Shown piece by piece: positions 62,096 to 64,000 of a stretch of 64,000 bases of DNA (positions within the stretch are counted from its first letter, which is position 1; each line of letters begins with the position of its first letter). Under the pieces are notes generated by a model. The model worked only from the letters and a program-made list of their open reading frames with translations. It had not been told where the DNA came from and did not search any database. The stretch spans positions 101,000-164,999 of the forward strand of contig CALLMM010000002.1 of NCBI GenBank assembly GCA_938005745.1, in the 5' to 3' direction. The translations under genes were made by a program, and so were the position numbers. This DNA comes from an uncultured Chthonomonadales bacterium (GTDB lineage: Bacteria > Armatimonadota > Chthonomonadetes > Chthonomonadales > CAJBBX01).

Positions 62096-64000
62096 TTAGC
62101 GAACTTCGCCAAAGAAAACGAATCCTGGACTGACGGGCAGTCGGGGGACGGGCGGCAGAATGCGACCGTGATCATCCTGCCGATACGGCTGTCCGTTATC
62201 CGGGTTATAGCCGGCATAGGGCGCGTAGAGAGACGGATCATACAGGAAGCGCAGCCCCCGCGTGAGTCCGATATTCTGTCCGTAGTAGTTGCGCTCGCTG
62301 GGCGCGCGCAGATCGCTGGAGCTGCCGCCCAGTTCATCAATGTTGATGTGGGCGGTCGGGATGCGCCGCGTTCGGTTCGGATCGGTGGGATACATGCCGG
62401 TAGAGCCGTAGATCTCCGGCATATAGCCCCACAGCTGCATCCAGGCGGCTTGCTGCGCGATGGAAGCCGTTCGATTCTCCGCGATCGCCCCGACAATCGT
62501 GATCCGGCAGTTGATCGGCTCTCCGTAGAACGGCATGAAGTCGGAGGTTCCCGGCGGACGCACGGAGGCGTCGGGATCCAGGTTCGGCAGCGCGGCGCGG
62601 CGCAGCGCCGCATCCCGCGTATCGTTCTTATCCCAATTGAACGGATAGCCAGGAATGATGAAGAACGAGCCGTTCTGCGCGTACATCACCGCTTCGATCC
62701 GCACGTCCATCGGCACGACGGCGGCGCGCATGAAGTCGTAGTTGAGCGTTCCGCTGGTCCCGGTGAAGGTCGGCTCGACCGCAAACCGCAGGGTGTTGCG
62801 GCTGCCCGGCTGTGTGAAGAAGTTGTACTGGGCGTTATTGATCTGCGGGAACAGCTGCATCTGGAACTGCTCGACATACGACTGCTGCTGCTGATTACCG
62901 ATGACCGGGCTGGCAACCACGTAGACCGAAGGCGGCAGGTTCTGCGGATCGTAGGGTCCGACGTTGGTGTTGAACCGGTAGAGCGCATCGCCGCCGGACG
63001 CGGAGGGCGTCGCCTCGTTGACAAACAGGTTCAGATAGGTGATCTGGTTCTGCGCCGGAGCCGCATGCTGAACCAGCAGCTGCAGCGGAACCTGATTGTT
63101 CTGCGCGTCGCGGTACTGCGTTACATCCTCCGCAAACAGCATGTCGAAGGTGAGCGGCGGCGTGGCGGCGTTCTCCGCCGTGCTGATGCTGTAGTAGGGG
63201 CGGTCGCCCCCGATCAGTCCGACCGGCTCCAGCGGCTTATTCGGAGAGAGGAACATCGTGGTGTTGAGGACCACGTACTCCTTCGCCAGCAGCGCGATCA
63301 TCGAACTCGGCGCTTCGCGAACCAGGCTGCCCTCGATGTAGATGTTGCGGTCCGAGACCACCGTCACCGACGGCGGGTTGACGCGCTGACGGATCTCCTG
63401 ATCGGTCAGGTTGTCCGGGTCGCCCTGCTGGCGCCGGATCGGAATATTCGTCAAACCCGGCAGCAGTCCGCGCGTGCGGATATTGCCCTCCGCAAAGATC
63501 ACCCCGTTGAAGGCGGGCAGGACGCGGTCAATCTCGCGCTCGGAGAGGTTCTGCGCGTTGCGCAGATAGGTGCGGAAGTACTCGTTCTCCAGCTTCAGCA
63601 CCGGGCGCAGTCCCGACGGCTTGTAGATGAAGAAGGAGTAGGTCATCACCGTCGGGGTGATCACGCCGTTGGGATCCACGAACTGCTGGTTGCTGTCTAC
63701 GCCTCGCTTGATGGTGATGCCGGGGCGCGCCTCATACTGACCGGGCACGATCTCGCTGTTGGAGTCGCGGGCGGGCACGACGGGATAGCCGAACTCGATG
63801 GTGACGGCGGGCGGGATATAGAAGGTTCCCTTCCAGGTCGCCGTGCTGCCGGGCTTCAGCCAGACCGACGGCAGCGACTGACCGCCGTTGACCGCCAGGG
63901 TCTCCTGCTCGATGTCGTTGCGGTTGTTCAGGTAGATGCCCGCGCCCAGACCGATCCGCCCGGTGTTGAAGGCGTTGGGTCCCGTGCCGAACCAGAGTCC
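62096..64000 (-). CDS. C-terminal 634 aa of a further large secreted protein (N-terminus beyond window)
   Basis: The track ORF begins at a GTG at 63778. Manual translation of 63779-64000 in the same frame has no stop, so the frame is open to the window edge. No assignable motif. Confidence 0.7.
   Translation of the reverse strand, partial: GLWFGTGPNAFNTGRIGLGAGIYLNNRNDIEQETLAVNGGQSLPSVWLKPGSTATWKGTFYIPPAVTIEFGYPVVPARDSNSEIVPGQYEARPGITIKRGVDSNQQFVDPNGVITPTVMTYSFFIYKPSGLRPVLKLENEYFRTYLRNAQNLSEREIDRVLPAFNGVIFAEGNIRTRGLLPGLTNIPIRRQQGDPDNLTDQEIRQRVNPPSVTVVSDRNIYIEGSLVREAPSSMIALLAKEYVVLNTTMFLSPNKPLEPVGLIGGDRPYYSISTAENAATPPLTFDMLFAEDVTQYRDAQNNQVPLQLLVQHAAPAQNQITYLNLFVNEATPSASGGDALYRFNTNVGPYDPQNLPPSVYVVASPVIGNQQQQSYVEQFQMQLFPQINNAQYNFFTQPGSRNTLRFAVEPTFTGTSGTLNYDFMRAAVVPMDVRIEAVMYAQNGSFFIIPGYPFNWDKNDTRDAALRRAALPNLDPDASVRPPGTSDFMPFYGEPINCRITIVGAIAENRTASIAQQAAWMQLWGYMPEIYGSTGMYPTDPNRTRRIPTAHINIDELGGSSSDLRAPSERNYYGQNIGLTRGLRFLYDPSLYAPYAGYNPDNGQPYRQDDHGRILPPVPRLPVSPGFVFFGEVR

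Noticed and set aside
1-64000. Mobile elements, prophage, defence systems, tRNA/rRNA
   Set aside because: No transposase, integrase, reverse transcriptase, restriction/modification or Cas-like motifs appear in any ORF translation. I found no tRNA-like T-arm consensus in the intergenic regions I read. Without search tools this is an absence of evidence only.

Overview
High-GC (roughly 65%) bacterial chromosomal window. It is densely coding and has the usual long antisense ORF artefacts. I found no rRNA, tRNA, CRISPR array, transposase or integrase. All functional calls rest on motifs read from the supplied translations; no database search was possible, and taxonomy cannot be assigned from sequence alone. 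Layout: (1) 1-7.7 kb holds glycan and amide metabolism genes: an edge-truncated GH20-like gene absent from the ORF track, a short GH5-like gene, two adjacent nitrilase-superfamily hydrolases, and a LamG plus beta-helix protein ending in a 15-bp tandem repeat. (2) 7.8-13 kb holds a tricorn-type protease with an insertion, folE, and a RibD-C-like reductase. (3) 13.4-19.7 kb is an envelope module: DUF5693-like membrane protein, CsaB pyruvyl transferase, and a translationally coupled 1019-aa beta-barrel protein. (4) 21.5-29.7 kb is a minus-strand stress/dormancy-type island: tandem USP, P-type ATPase, dienelactone hydrolase, phosphoribosyltransferase, eRF1-like baeRF protein, USP, Hsp20 and two small ORFs. 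It has a GGACTGTCC palindrome in each of two promoter-proximal gaps. (5) 31.8-41.8 kb is a long minus-strand housekeeping string: DivIVA-domain protein, a predicted pseudokinase, ribD, rpe, PASTA Ser/Thr kinase, aroB, aroK, aroC. (6) 42-64 kb is the most unusual region. It is a type IV pilus-like PilM-PilN-PilO-PilP-like-STN mini-protein-secretin module, and every periplasmic component carries a glycine-rich low-complexity segment. Immediately upstream are three consecutive giant secreted beta-propeller-type proteins (634+ aa partial, 1708 aa, 2676 aa). No pilin, PilB/PilT ATPase or PilC platform gene is visible in the window.
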